Shown here: positions 38,115 to 51,249 of the stretch, in pieces
Layout of the letters: every line of letters starts with the position of its first letter
Position numbering within the stretch: position 1 is the first letter of the stretch
NCBI RefSeq assembly: GCF_036321535.1
Contig: NC_087437.1
Span: 22,942,001-23,006,000 of the forward strand
DNA length: 64,000 nucleotides
Direction of reading: 5' to 3'
Source: Camelus dromedarius
Lineage: Eukaryota
Made by a program: the position numbers and the translations under genes
The notes under the pieces: generated by a model
Databases searched by the model: none
What the model saw: the letters and a program-made list of their open reading frames with translations, nothing else
Told to the model about the DNA's origin: nothing

Positions 38115-38674
38115 CCCACTGATATGTATGCAGTCCCCACTGTCAGATATCAAGTTTCAGTGCGTACTTGAATCTTTTTCTGACTCTCTGTTCTGTTACA
38201 TTTGTCTGTTTTTCTACTCTTTTCCAACTTAATCATTATCTAATATCTGGTAGGGTGATTCTTGCCATTTAATTCCTCTTCAAAACTAATTTGTGACCTC
38301 TTGTTCTCCCATGTGAATTTTGTGATTCAGTTAACAATTTTATTAAAATCCCAGCTCAGATTTTTATTGTAATTGCTTTGAATTTATTGATTAATTTGGT
38401 AAGAATAAATTCTTCGTGCTGTTGGGTCTTTTTATCCATGAATATTCTATATCTCTCTTCTTATTCAAGTTTTCTGTTATATTCTTTAATAATCTATAAT
38501 GATTTTCTCTATCTTTTTCCACTTTTTTGGGTTTTAGTTTTCAGTTTCTGTAGATTTATTCCTATGTATCTTACCATGCACTATAATTATTCTCAGTAGG
38601 AACTTTTTTTATTACATCTTAATGGGTTACTACTATTGTGTTACTGTCCACTTTCTATCTAAAAAATTCTGTTT

Positions 38675-38779
38675 TCTTTCTTCCTTCCTTCCTTCCTTCC
38701 TTCTTTCCTTCCTTCCTTTCTTTCTTTCTCTCTTTCTTTCTCTCTTTCTCTCTTTCTCTCTCTCTTTCTCTCTCTCTAT
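38675..38779. repeat. (TTCC)n/(TTTC)n/(TC)n polypyrimidine microsatellite
   Basis: Directly visible. Confidence 0.95.
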
Positions 38780-38799
38780 CTAATGTCTATCCACTTATT

Positions 38800-39045
38800 T
38801 ATTTTAGGAGGGGATCTGCTGCCTTAACTGGAAACAGGGTTGCCTGGAACAAAGACCGTATTTCCCAGCTGCACTTGAACTGGGAGTGGACATTTCATTA
38901 AGTTCAGGTGAAATGTATTTAAATGAATGTGCTCAGTGAGGTTTTGAGGAATTATCTTTAAAGGAGGGTGTCATACCCTTCTTTCCTTGTTTCTCCTTCC
39001 TGTTGGCTGGGATAAGATCATGGTGACTGAAGCAGTAGGCAAGTG
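38800..39045 (+). mobile_element. Old MLT1 LTR 5' fragment
   Basis: gaccgtatttcccagc, ttctccttcctgttggctggga. Confidence 0.45.
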
Positions 39046-40554
39046 GTTTTAAGGTCCTATTTAAATGCACTTTAAACATTACCTGGATCTTGGTATTATG
39101 GAATGGAATTTTTGGCCAGGTTGTCAAAACTGTAAGCTCTCTTTTGATTTTTTAAAAAAATATATTTTTTCTTTTGAAAAACACCTGAAACTTTAATTCT
39201 CGGATAACCTTTCTCATACATGTTTTATAACATGCTACAGAATTTTATATACTATTATTTACTTAATATTTTCAAATCTATGATCATAAGTGAGACAGAT
39301 ATAAATCTTCTTGTATTGATTGTACTATTACTATCCAGTTGTGATATCTAGGTTATACTGGCGATCCAAAATGAGTTAAGTAGCTTCTTCACTTTTTCTG
39401 ATCACTGAGGCACTTTCTGTAAGACTGATATTATCAGTTACTTGAAGTTTTGGTAGAACTGCCCATATAATAGTCTAAGCCTGGTGTCTTCTGGTGAGGG
39501 AAACTTTTGCTCAGTAATTCAGTTTCTTCAATGGTTACTATTTTATCTCAGCTCTCCTCACTTTTTATATCTGCCTTCTCCTACCCCTCACCTCCAGTTT
39601 TTCTCTGACCCACTGAGTCTGTCCTGACTTTCCTGAATTTCCTGGCCTCATTAACCCAGACAATTGATCTCCATCTGGAATTCAAAATGCAGTTCATTTG
39701 ATTTTTTGTTGCTGCCTCTCAGCTGTGCTTGGAGGGAGATAGGACCAAGCAAGCCCCCATCCTTCTCATCTCCACTTGGTATCTTTAGTCTCACCCAAAT
39801 TAGCACTCCAGAGTGGGGAGATATAAGTGATTTTCTTTACTGGAAAACTAGTCCAGTTCTTTTGGACTTTCCATTGGGTCTCAAAGGGAAAGCTCTGTTC
39901 TTTTCTCCTTATCTAAATATACCCCTTCTCAAAGTAGAAAATCTGGCTCCTTAGATCATTTCTCTTTTCTTTTATTTAGTGTGTCTTGCTGTAGTGAGTA
40001 CAGGGGAGGAGAGGCTTCAGTCTCATGGGTGGGGGGTGTAGCCTCTCCAGTTTAACTTTTCCTTTTGATAGTCCCTCTTTATGAGCCATGAATCATGGAC
40101 TCTTAAACTGTATGCCTAGTATGGGAAGCTTGTCCTCCAAAGGTAAACTGTACTGTTGGTGAAGCAGATATTTGCTTCTCATTTTTGTTTTTGTTTTTCT
40201 TGAGAATTTAATTACTAGTAAAACCTTGATCTGCACCAGGAAACATGAGGGGTGTTTGATTTCTGTAACACTAATGAGGAGCATTTTCTCTCTTTCCTGC
40301 GTATTTCAGGAGCCAACTTGCCTCACAAAAGAGCTTCACTAGCGTCCACTGACTGTTCTCTCCCATCCCAGAAAGTGTGACCCTTATCAATTATTTAGAG
40401 TCAGCAGTCCACATATGATGGAGAGACAGAAGTAGGAGAGAGAGATGGGGGAGTTAGCAACTCCTTCCATCCTACATTTTTAAAGAGTATCACCTCTGTT
40501 CCCCAAATTTCCAGAAAGAATAAGGAGTAATGATAATAATGATGGTAATAGTGA

Positions 40555-40760
40555 TGATAAATATGTATTCAGTTCTTCCAGGCCTTGTCCCAAAAGCTTT
40601 ACATTTATTTAATCCTTACAACAACCTCGTAAGTTACAATTATTATCTCCGTGCTATAGATGAGAAAACTGGTTTAGATGATGAAGAAACTTATTCAAGC
40701 TGTAAGTGGTGGGACCAAGTTGAGTCCTAGATCTAATTTCAGAAACCACATTCTTGGCCA
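40555..40760 (-). mobile_element. MIR SINE
   Basis: tttaatccttacaacaacct...attattatctcc...atagatgagaaaactgg. Confidence 0.7.
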
Positions 40761-42479
40761 CCAAGGGGACTTTCTCCCACTCCCTACACAACAAATAACA
40801 TGACATCCCTTGTGAGAGGGAAATACCACCCTTAGAATTAAAATCTGCCTGTTTCCTGATGGAGAAAACCACCTGGACTAAGCAGCTTCAATTCTGTCAC
40901 CTCGAGGCACTATCTCCTGTAGTGACCACTGCCATCACATACCGCTTTGGGTTGGGGAAGCCCATTTTTGTCTGGAAAGTTCCACCACTGAGATCAGCTG
41001 GCATGAAAAGACGCAATTACTTTAGTCAGTGCTGAGGGAGAATGCAAGAAAAGCAAACCAAGGAAACGCACACAGCACAGAAACCTTCCAGAGGGCAGTT
41101 TTGTGATCCTACTTTCACTCATTTTCTCTCTGGACTTGTGTGTCTGTCCCTGTTCCACATCCTGCAAGGTGGTCCCAGAAGATTGGGACATATTTTTGCC
41201 CACCTTAGCAGGGGACCAGGTTCCAGCTTCAGCTGGCCACAAGATTGGGAGCTGGCACCGTCATTTCCCCCAACACCTGAGGCTACTCCTTCCTGGCTCA
41301 CTTTGACTGCTCTGTAAAAGAGAGCTGGGTGTCCTGCCCACCATGGGCCTCCTACCAGGTTGATTTCCAGTCCTGGGAACCTCTTCTTCCTCCAGCAGTT
41401 GGCAAGACCCTGCTAATTAACACAACAATGTGCTGTCCCTGCAGGTGCAGGCATTTGCCCTGAGCCTGAAGGCCAGTGGAATAACAGCATCTCCAGAACT
41501 CAACAGCACAAGCAGAAGTGGCAAGGACTGGGCAGCTTCACCGCCACTCTCTGCTACTCATCACTTGAGGTAAAGCAGGTGTAGGAGGAGGCTGATAGCA
41601 GCTTGTTTGTTTGACAAGTGACATTGTTCTGTAGAAGGCTGTATGCATGTGTCATGACCCAAGTGGACCCCGGTGCACCCAGCACCCCTGAGTGGGCTTT
41701 GCCAGCTTACTCTCTCTGACCCCCTCTCCACTCATTTGCACCAAGTGTGGAGAAAAGATGGAACTCAAAAGATAGAAAGGGATGGGAATGGAGTTTCTAG
41801 CAGTGCCTGTGCCTATTCCAAGAAAAACTGCATCCTCTAAATCATTCCTGACCTTCTTCATTCAGGTACCTGACCTCTCTCCATACCCTGACACCCACCC
41901 CCAGAGAGAATAAATTCAGCTACGAAGTGAACTCTGTTTCTCAGGGCAGTTGCCCCATTAAGTATCTATTAACAGATTTATTTTGGCCTTTAGAAACTCT
42001 CTTCATGGTGACTTTTATTTAAGGAGAAGATGTTGCTAAATTTGCTTCCTTCTAGCATTTCTTTCAGCAGAGCACTCAAGACTCAACTCAATTCCCCTCC
42101 TTCCAGTTGCTTTACTGCTTTTAGGCTACAAACAAGTCCCATTTTGTAAGGTCCAAGACTCAGAGGGAATAAGTAGTTTTCAAAGTAAGGTCTGCAGTTT
42201 GTTATCAAATGTGGCCCTTCCCTTTCTTTGCTTCTTTTCTTTAGTATCCAGATTTGGGGGGATTATGAGTTTAGCCAAGTATCAGTAGACTTTAAGGAGT
42301 AGAGAAAATTCAGAAGCTCATCAGAAAGTGTACATAGGAGAGAGGAGAAATGGTGTGAGGTCAGAAAGGCTGTTTGGAGAGAACCATGCTTCCCAGGTCA
42401 TTGATGGTATTTTTTTCGTTTTTTGTGTGTCTCAAGAGATTCTTAAGAAGTTCCAGGTTTTTCTCACATTAGATTCTTG

Positions 42480-42733
42480 GTTTGTTGTAATGACCCCAGT
42501 TGCTGAGCATCAGGAAGAATCTGGTTCAGGCAGTCACTTGCCCAAGGAAGTTGAAAGACATCTAGAATATATCTGGTCCCAAAGTGCATTCTGGAACCAA
42601 CCCACAGCCTGGGGCAGTCATGCCTGCAAAGCTAAAGACCTGTGCATAAGAAAAATCAATACTTATGTTGTAATCTCCTGAGTTTTGGGGTACTTTGTTA
42701 TGCTGCATTGCTGTAACAGTAGCTGATTGATAC
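42480..42733 (+). mobile_element. MLT1 LTR 3' fragment
   Basis: ctgagttttggggtactttgttatgctgcattgctgtaacagtagctgattgataca is a typical MLT1 terminus. Confidence 0.6.
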
Positions 42734-43748
42734 ATCCTCCTTCTCTCCCCATTCTGCTTTCTTTTGTGAAACAACATACTTCCTCCACCTATAGCTCAGC
42801 CTTCATTTATCTGGATCACTTGGGACACCAGAAAGAATCTAAGATCTCTTTTTCTCTTCTGGACTCTTTGTCTTGAAGCTGGGAAGCAATAGAAGACCTT
42901 TTAGGATGTAAAGTATTGTAAGCCTGAGGTTATAGGAAACTGAATGTTGTCTGTATGTAATCCCAGATGTCAAGCTATAAAGCTGAAATGTTTGCCCTGT
43001 GCTCTAAGAATCATCCCTTCTACTATTGTTTCACGTTCTTTGGAAAATCACAAATAATCACTGGTACTTCTTAGGACAATCAAGTAATAGATGGGCAGGT
43101 CACCAGGTATCAGTGGAGTAAAGCTTATGTGCTCCTCCAAAGGGCTAAACGCTCCAGACATGGCAAGATTCATTTAATTAGGTCTTGCTGAAAAGAATCT
43201 CAGATGTATACATATTTTTGGCTTTGAGTAGTTATTGAAATCAGTATGTGGTATTTTATAGTTTTCACTTTAGAATTTCTCTACCAGTAAGAATGTAAAG
43301 AATGTGTTAAAAGATGGTCTGACCTGGTCCATATGTCTCTACTATGAATTACCTAAGTGAGCGAGAAATACCGCAATGGGAAAAATAGCAATTTGAATAA
43401 CTTGATACCTTTGGCCATGAAATTATGGGGAACAATTTCATTCTAAGTAGATTCTTGCATGACTATAGTAGATTATGAAAAGAGAAGCGCATGATAAATG
43501 TAGAGTTCAAAAGTGACATGACTCCCTACACCCCTCCCCACCCCCCCTATTCAAGATTGATGTTTTCATCTGGGCCTTAGCTCTGTGTTCCCTCTGCTTT
43601 GAATATCTCATGCTGTTTTTTTCAGTCTACATTTCACTAGTTCCTCTTTGTCTATCCTAAATTCCACAATCTCCCATCTTTCCTGCCTCATTTTGCTTTT
43701 TTTTTCTTAAATCATGCAGGATTCTTATTCTGAGGTGTTCTTGAATTC

Positions 43749-43760
43749 ATATCTATCTAC

Positions 43761-43808
<48 letters not shown>

Positions 43809-43833
43809 ATCTATCTATCTATCTATCTATCTA
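43749..43833. repeat. (TATC)n / (GATA)n tetranucleotide microsatellite
   Basis: About 20 units, directly visible. Confidence 0.95.
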
Positions 43834-44599
43834 CATTCTCAATTAACAGAGATTAAAAGTATAATCATCATAATACAATCAGATATCTTCCCTGCCCTAC
43901 ACACACACACACTGGCATGTAGAAAAGGATCCTTACAGGCGGTCCATGTACATCTACAGAGCTGTACTTGGCCTTAGGTCCTCATGCCCAGGATGAGACT
44001 TGTCAATACCACACACTTGCACTTGTGTTAGTGGTGTTCTCTAATTATTTTGTAACCATAGGGCTTGTCTCTTGGACAGTGCAAGCTCCTTGAGGAAAAT
44101 GTCCTCAAAAAGGACATTTTTATAGCTACCAGAGTTAAACACATAGTAATAGAAGCAAAATGAACATATCTAGTTACTTTCTCAGACACCCTGCCCCTCT
44201 GCCCTCTCCAACCACCTGCACAGCCACCCTATTCAGGCTCCATCTCCTTCATGTCTTTCACAAGCCCTATTTGAGGGGAGTTGGGAAGACACACAACACC
44301 CTTTTACCCAAAAAGTAATTAGTATGATTTTTTTTTCAGTTATCAAAAAAAAAAACCTCATCAGTTCACACAAGTAAAGTGTGTGTGTGTATGCACACAC
44401 TTAATTTTAGGATCTGAAAGTTCAGAAAGACAAGATTATAAATCTTCTAACTTTATTAAAATTCAAACACTCCCACCAGTTCAGTGCCATCCCTAACAGT
44501 AGTAATGATCTGGACTAACAGGTGGTACAGAAGTCCTGGAATCGACAGTGGCGTCTGGCTCACGCAGAGGGAGGCAAAGGAGCGCAGAGGACAAGCCTG

Positions 44600-44770
44600 T
44601 GTGCTCAGGAGCTGGCCAGGCTGGGTTCACATCCCCACTTTCCTACCACTTCTTTGTGTGCTTGTGAGATCCTGACTAAGCCATGGGTGCCTCTGGGTAC
44701 CCCATTCCCTCAGTGGGTGGTAACTGTACCTCCCTGCCAGGGTTGTTGCCTGCAATGAAGTGGGCTCACA
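44600..44770 (+). mobile_element. MIR SINE (degenerate)
   Basis: ctgggttcacatccc...ctaccactt...gcctctggg...cagggttgttg. Confidence 0.5.
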
Positions 44771-45976
44771 CACCTACACACCAAGAGAAGTGTATGCACA
44801 GTGTGAATACTCCATCCAGTCTTGAATATTTTGTGTCACCTCCCTTCTCGGAGCTTCAGCCTCCAGAGGATAGCACCTGTAAGACTCAAAAAGATCAGAT
44901 GAGGTAAAGATGTGCAAGTGCTTGTCATGTGTAAAGGACTATGCACATATAAGGCATTATTATGTCTTTTGAGGTGCCACAGTGAAACATAGTACTGATT
45001 TATTTGCTTCTTGGAAAGTTCTCCCCAAAAGCTGAGTTCTTTGCTTGTGTGATTTGATAGGAGAAGTACATTAGCTATGACTTTAGACACTATTGTGAAG
45101 TAAGAGGTGTCAGATCAGATATTTGAAAGTTAATTCTGGGAACAAGATGGAGAGTGAGGGAAGGGAAGGAAGTGAGGCTATGGGGCTTGCTGGGGAAAGG
45201 TTGAAATCACTGAAGGAGCAAAACTGGAATGTGGTCAGCAGCGCATCCTCCTCTCATGGCAATACTGTGAAACTCCTGAGTCTCTTGACAGACAAGTTGC
45301 ACATGTTACAGGCATAAACGACCCAGTCTCATCAAAATCCCCTGGCTGCTCTCAGTAACCCCTCTCACCCTGGACTCCACTCCCTGCTGCCATGTGAGCC
45401 ATCAGGGTCCACGGAAAGTGCCCCGCAGTGTGCAGGACACCTGTCTCATTTCACAGATGCTTGTTCTGGCTCTCTGCTGGTTGACCTTGATTCAGTGAAC
45501 TGATCCACGCTGATGTGTAGACACCCCTACATCCGTGTCATTTGAAATTGCTTAAGGTGGAGCACAGGGATTACCCACAGCGTTGAATCACTTACATCTC
45601 AGCTCCCTGCCTGTCTTTGAAACGGGTTGGGCTCAGGCAATGAATGAATGAAGAGGGTGAAATTAAAGGATGAAGGTCTCAGATGCCTGACTCTTTGCCT
45701 CTGCAGCCCTGTAGGTCCTGTAGGTCTATATTCTTATCCTCCACCTGCAGGTTCAGCCTAGGCCCCTGTTTGTTAGCTCTCTCCTACCTCCCTCCCCCAC
45801 TCCCTCCCCTCTTTTGGCAAATATTTTTGAGTGCCAGTTCTATGTCAGACAGCTGGATTCACCAGTCCCCATCCTCAAGAAGCTGACTTCCAGTCTTAAG
45901 ATAAAACCAGACTATAGGCAGTGGAGGTTTTATTATTTTGATTAAAAATATTTTTTTAAAAAAAGCAGAGCTCTAA

Positions 45977-46124
45977 CAGGGAACTATATTCAATATGTTG
46001 TAATAACCTTTAATGAAAAAGAATATGAAAACAAATATATGTATATATATGCATGATTGGGACATTGTGCTGTACACCAGAAATTGACACATTGTAACTG
46101 ACTGTATACTTCAATAATAAAAGT
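45977..46124 (+). mobile_element. Extremely 5'-truncated young L1 (3'UTR tail only, about 148 bp)
   Basis: cagggaactatattcaatat...ctgtacaccagaaattgacacattgtaactgac...aataataaaa; perfect 15-bp TSD aaagcagagctctaa (45962-45976 / 46125-46139). Confidence 0.92.
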
Positions 46125-46164
46125 AAAGCAGAGCTCTAAAAATTACAGAGTAATTAATCATGCT

Positions 46165-46554
46165 TGGTATGGACTGAATGTTTGTGTTCTCCCAAAATTC
46201 ACATGCTGAAGCCCTAACCCCTAGTGAGATAGTATTTAGAGATGGGGCCTTTGGTGAGTAATAAGGGTTAGATGAAGTTGTGAGGGTGGGGCCTTAAGAT
46301 GGTATTAGTGTCCTTATAAGAAGAGACACCAGGGAACTTCCTTGCTCTCTCTCCTCTCACTTATACAAAGAAGAGGTCACATAAGCACACAGAGAATGGT
46401 GGCTACCTACCAGCCAAGAGAAGAGGGTGCACAATGGTATCTACATCACCTTGATCTGGCCTTTCCAGCCTCCAGAGGATGGGAGGTAAATTTCTGTCCT
46501 TTCAGCCACTATTGCTATGGTATTTTGTCATGGCAGTGAGAGCTCACTGATACA
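46165..46554 (+). mobile_element. MLT1A-type MaLR solo LTR
   Basis: tatggactgaatgtttgtgt..cccaaaattcacatgctgaagccctaacccc...ctatggtattttgt..tggcag...ctgataca; 5-bp TSD atgct/atact. Confidence 0.9.
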
Positions 46555-46664
46555 ATACTCATTGTGAAACATTCAATAAGTAAGGAAATATAAAGCAAAG
46601 ATCCCACACTGGAGGGTCTGAAGGTGACATCAGGCCTGCCTGTGTATTTTTTGCCTCCTTGGTA

Positions 46665-47480
46665 CTTTTTAAAAATAATTTTGTTGAGATATAGTTCATA
46701 TACCATACAATTCACCCATTTATAATGTACAATTTAGTGACTTTTAGTATATTCACACAGTCATGAAGCCATCACCACAATCAATTTTAGGACATTTTCA
46801 TTACTTCAGAAAGAAGTAGTCACCTCCTATTTTCCCCCAAACCCCTAACCCCTGGCAACCATTAATTTGCTTTTTGTTTTTATAGATTTGCCTGTTCTGG
46901 ACATTTTGTATAAGTGGAATCATACAATATGTGGTGCGACTGACTTCTTTCTCTTAGTATAATGTTTTCAAAGTTCCTCTATATTGTATCATATATCAGC
47001 ACTTCATTCCTTTTCATTGTCAAGTTGTATTCCACTGTATAGATATAACACATTTTTTATTTTTTAATAGATATTTGGGGAGTTTCTACTTTTTGGCTAT
47101 TGTAAACATTTGTTTGTGAGTTTCTGTGTGGATTTTTGTTTTCTTTTCTCTTGCGTGTATACATAGGAGGGCAATTGCTGGATCATGGGGTAACTCTATG
47201 TTAAAGCATTTTAGAAACTGCCAGACTATTTCCAAAGCACTATTTTACATTTTCACCAGCAGTGTGTACGGGTTTCAATTTCTTTACATCCTCACCATTT
47301 ATTATCTGACTTTTTGATTCTAGCCATCCTTGTGTGTGTAAAGTGAAATCCCATTGCAGTTTCAATTTGTTTTTGCCTGATGGTTAATGATACATTTTCA
47401 TATGTTCATGGCCATTTTTATGTCTTCTTTGGAGAAATGTCTATTGCCAATTTTTCAATTGGGTGATTTGTCATTTTAAT
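46665..47480 (-). mobile_element. L1 3' end (L1MB-like)
   Basis: ttgagatatagttcatataccatacaattcacccattt, ccctggcaaccattaat, ttctttggagaaatgtctatt. Confidence 0.85.
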
Positions 47481-49022
47481 ATTTTCATTTAAATGAACCA
47501 TAAGCTAACAATCAGAGGAGTTTACATATATACCGGAATCTCAGATGTCTGATAAAAATCTCCAGATATGGCTCTTCTGGGCTCTAATTAAGGATTTGGG
47601 TGGGCTGTTCTTAATTATGAAAATTTGAAGCAAGCATGTATGCATTAATTTTAGGGAAACTTCTGTGCATTGAGGTAACCTGAATACATTATACCAGTAT
47701 TCACATTTTTTGAAACTAAAACAGGGATATATCTGGCAAAGGAATGCTCCCACAAATGTTTTTGCGTCTTTTTTTTTTTTAATTTAAAAAAAAAATTTAT
47801 TTTTTTATGTTTTTGCTTCTTTAGAAGAAATATTTCTTACATCAGCTTGGTTTCCTTGGTTTTGTTGCCTACCTAGCTCTGTAGGTATTTTTGATTTCAA
47901 CCTCTGTTATCCCATCTGCCTGATACAACCACTGTTGATGTTTTGGTGTATATTCTTCCTGATTATATCTATGCATAGTGAGGCTGGAACATTTTCTAGT
48001 TCCAAAATAGCCTTCACTTTGAGCACATTGATCCAGGAGGGTGAAAATTGTTTGGGGGAGGTACCTGCATGTTGGTGGGAGAAAACAATAACAACAACAA
48101 AAAAATAGGTGTGTTTAGTGACTGTGAAAAGGAAAAGGAAAGACTCAGGGCTCAGCTGGATAGAGAGCCTGAGACCAAAAAGGGACCAAAATTACTGGGT
48201 CTAGTAAAGCAATCGTCATTTTCACTATTTCCAGAGCTGCATGAGAGTGAGTGTGGGGTATATAATGGAGAAAGCCTTGGATGTGGGAGAATGAAAGGTG
48301 TGAGGGTAGGTCCAGGTGGTAATGAGCTAGTGAGGCGGACTCATGGGGTGCTGGGGAGTAGGAAGCCCACAGGCATGGGAAAGAAGGTTCCTCGTCAAAG
48401 GATGCCCTGTGAGTTCAGGAGTGTTAGTGATATGTAATGTTCGTTTTTACATTGTTCTCTGTACTAAGCTGAAATGACCCTCTACTGTTCACAGATCTTC
48501 AGTTAAAATGTACTGCATGAAACAGCCTTTGATAAATGGTGATAGAAGAAATAAAAGACAGTCCATGCTGGTGGCCAAGGGGTCGGGGGAAGAGGCCAGA
48601 GAGGTCTGGGGTGAGAGCTGAGAAAAAAACAAGCGGGAAATTGAAATGAGAAGTCGCAGGCAACCTCTAGGAGACTGTAAGCCTTTTCTCCTTTAGAAAT
48701 GTTTCCTCCCCACCAAAAATGTTAAATAATTAGTGCTAGAATTATTAGGTTTGAGTATTTAAAGGAAAAGGATAAACACTAGAGGACTGAGCCATCCAGG
48801 TAAATCTTAGATGAGATTGGACTATTCATACCATTTTGCAACCTGTTTTTATTTTTAATTAATATTCATTCCTTTCTATATTCACCAAATAGTTATTGAA
48901 CAGCTGCTACGTGCCACACTTTTCAGGTTCCAGGGATAGAGTAGCAAACACTAGAGCAGACAAATTGCCTGCTCTTGTGGATTTACAGTTGGAACACATA
49001 CATAAGCCGTATCTTTTAAATA

Positions 49023-49223
49023 CAGTTGACCCTTGAACAATGCCACGGTTAGGGGTCCTGAGACTCTGTGCAGTTGATAATTCAAGTATAACTTATAGCT
49101 GGTCCTCCATATCTGAGGTTCTGCATCCGTGGATTGCATAGTACTATAGTATTTACTATTGAAAAACATCCTCGTGTAAGTGCACCCATGCAGTTTAAAC
49201 CTGTGTTAGTGAAAGGTCAACTC
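49023..49223. mobile_element. MER8-like TcMar-Tigger MITE
   Basis: TIRs cagttgacccttgaacaa / ttagtgaaaggtcaactc, flanked by TA on both sides. Confidence 0.85.
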
Positions 49224-49744
49224 TAGTTGGGAAATATTTCATTGTATAGCTGTATTACAATTTATTTACCCAGTCACCCATTTGTGGACATTTAAGTTTC
49301 TCCCCTAGTTTTTTGCTATTGAATGAATAGAGGGAGAGAGATGAAGGTATGCTCTGGGACTCAGAGGCTCATCATTTGTGTTCCTCTTCTGAACATTACT
49401 TTGTGTCTGGTTCTCTATCTTGTTGGGCTAGCTGGGCTTCTGTTTTGCTCCTACACCTAAGTTTTCCTTAAACTCCAGGAATCATTGCTGAACTGCGTGC
49501 AGGGGCAGAGCTCTGATTCCTCCTTGACCTGCCCTGGGACTGACTCTTCACCCTCCAGGCACTTTGCCTTGTTGGGTAAGACTGAAAATTGCTGTTGGGT
49601 GCTCTGCTCCACTCCCCAACTGGAACCCTCTTCCGCTGCCGGCTGGCTGGCATAACCAAAAATCTGGAACTATACACTGAATTTGTGATCTTACACTGGA
49701 TTTCAAGCACTGTCAAGCAGTGCAGTTCTTTCCAAGCCCAAAAC

Positions 49745-50760
49745 TTTTTGTTTTATATTTTTATTAGTAATTTGTATTTGGGAAAATGCTCAAACTTACC
49801 AAAAAGATCCAAGTACAGTAAAAGAACTTTGTTTTTGCAGGACTCTTCAGGGGTGAGTTGCCAACCTGACACTTCATCACCTCCAAACATCTTAGTATAT
49901 AAATACCACAGTCAAGAACATTCTCACATATAGCCTTAATACAGCCATCAAATTCAGGAAGTTAACATCGACGTATTGTTGACACTTAATGCTGAGATCC
50001 CATTCAGGTTCTTCAGTCGTCCCAATAATGCAGTTACGGCAAAAGGATCCACTTCAGACTCATGTGGTCCACCTAGTTGTCATGTCTCTTAGTCTCTTTC
50101 AGTCTGGAACAGTTTCTCAGTCTTTCTTTGGTTTTCATGACTTTAAGGTTTGAAGAATGGCAGGTCAGTTATTTTGTAGACCACTCCTCAATTTAAACTT
50201 GTCTTTTTTTTTTTTTTAATGATGAGATTCAGGCATCTTTGATGGGGCTCTCTCAGATATGGTACTGTATTCTTCTCAGTGCATACTATCAAGTGGTGCG
50301 TGATTTTGAATTGTCTCGTCTGATGATCTTCACTTTGATCACTTGATTAAGGTGGTGTCTTCCAGGTTTCTCCACCATAAAATTATTCTTTTCTTCTGCA
50401 AATTAGTAAGTAGTTTTTGCAAAGATTATTTAAGACTCTGAAGTATTCTTTCTTATCAAACTTTTAATTAATTAATTAATTTTAAAATTCATTTTTGTAG
50501 CTTTTTTTTTGTATTGTTTTGTTTCTTTGTGAGGGGGAGGTAATTAGGTTTATTCATTGATTTCTGCTTGAAGGAAGTACTGGGGATTGAACCCAGGATC
50601 TCTTGTGTGCTGAACATGCACTCTACCACTTGAGCTATACCCTCCCCATTGTAGCTTTGAACTCATGGATTTCTATATTATTTAATTTCCATCACTATTA
50701 TTATTTATTTAGATCCTAAAATGTCCCAGGTGAGATCAGTGAGAGCCCCTTCAAGCTCAC
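49745..50760 (-). mobile_element. L1MC-like 3'UTR fragment containing a SINE insertion
   Basis: tagttgtcatgtctct, cactttgatcacttgattaaggtggtgtc, ccaggtttctccac. Confidence 0.7.
50505..50647 (-). mobile_element. tRNA-derived camelid SINE (Vic-1-like), full length
   Basis: gggggaggtaattaggttt...gtactggggattgaacccagga...cactctaccacttgagctataccctcccc; TSD ttgtagcttt (50495-50504 / 50649-50658). Confidence 0.92.
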
Positions 50761-51249
50761 AGCTGAAACTCTTAACCCCTACTCCACATTGCCCTCCTCT
50801 CTCTAACTGTAACACACTGTCTATGTAGTTGGTATATTCTTTTAGTATCAACTTGCTAGCTGAGGGTGCAAGCAATGTTTTATTGATTTCCATCCCAGAA
50901 AATGTGGGTAAATTACTGCAATTAGACACTGAATGTCAGAGTATCAATACTTTTGACTCATATCAATATGTATTTTTATAGTCCATACATTAAGTTATTT
51001 TAAAAATAGCTAAAATTTTTTAGTCTCTGAGTACTTATATCCCTTAATTACAATGCAATCGGCTATGAAATAATCAGCTTTCCATTTGTTGTTTCCAAAT
51101 TAGAAATATTTATGATATTTTATATGCGTTTGATTCCAGCTACCTCAAAAAAGAATCTGAATTTCCCTATAAAAGTAACATGTTTATGAAACAGGAGAGT
51201 TAAAATAAGAAAATAGGAATAGAAACCATTACTGGAGAAGACTAAATGA

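Larger units (their letters stand above)
36335..39545 (-). mobile_element. Old L1 (L1ME-like), about 3 kb, with MLT2, microsatellite and MLT1 insertions
   Basis: Antisense L1 phrases throughout: tttcctcttctgtgaattccttgttgatatcctttgcc, tgtcccagcatcac, tgtagatttattcctatgtat, tttggtagaactgccc. Confidence 0.7.
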
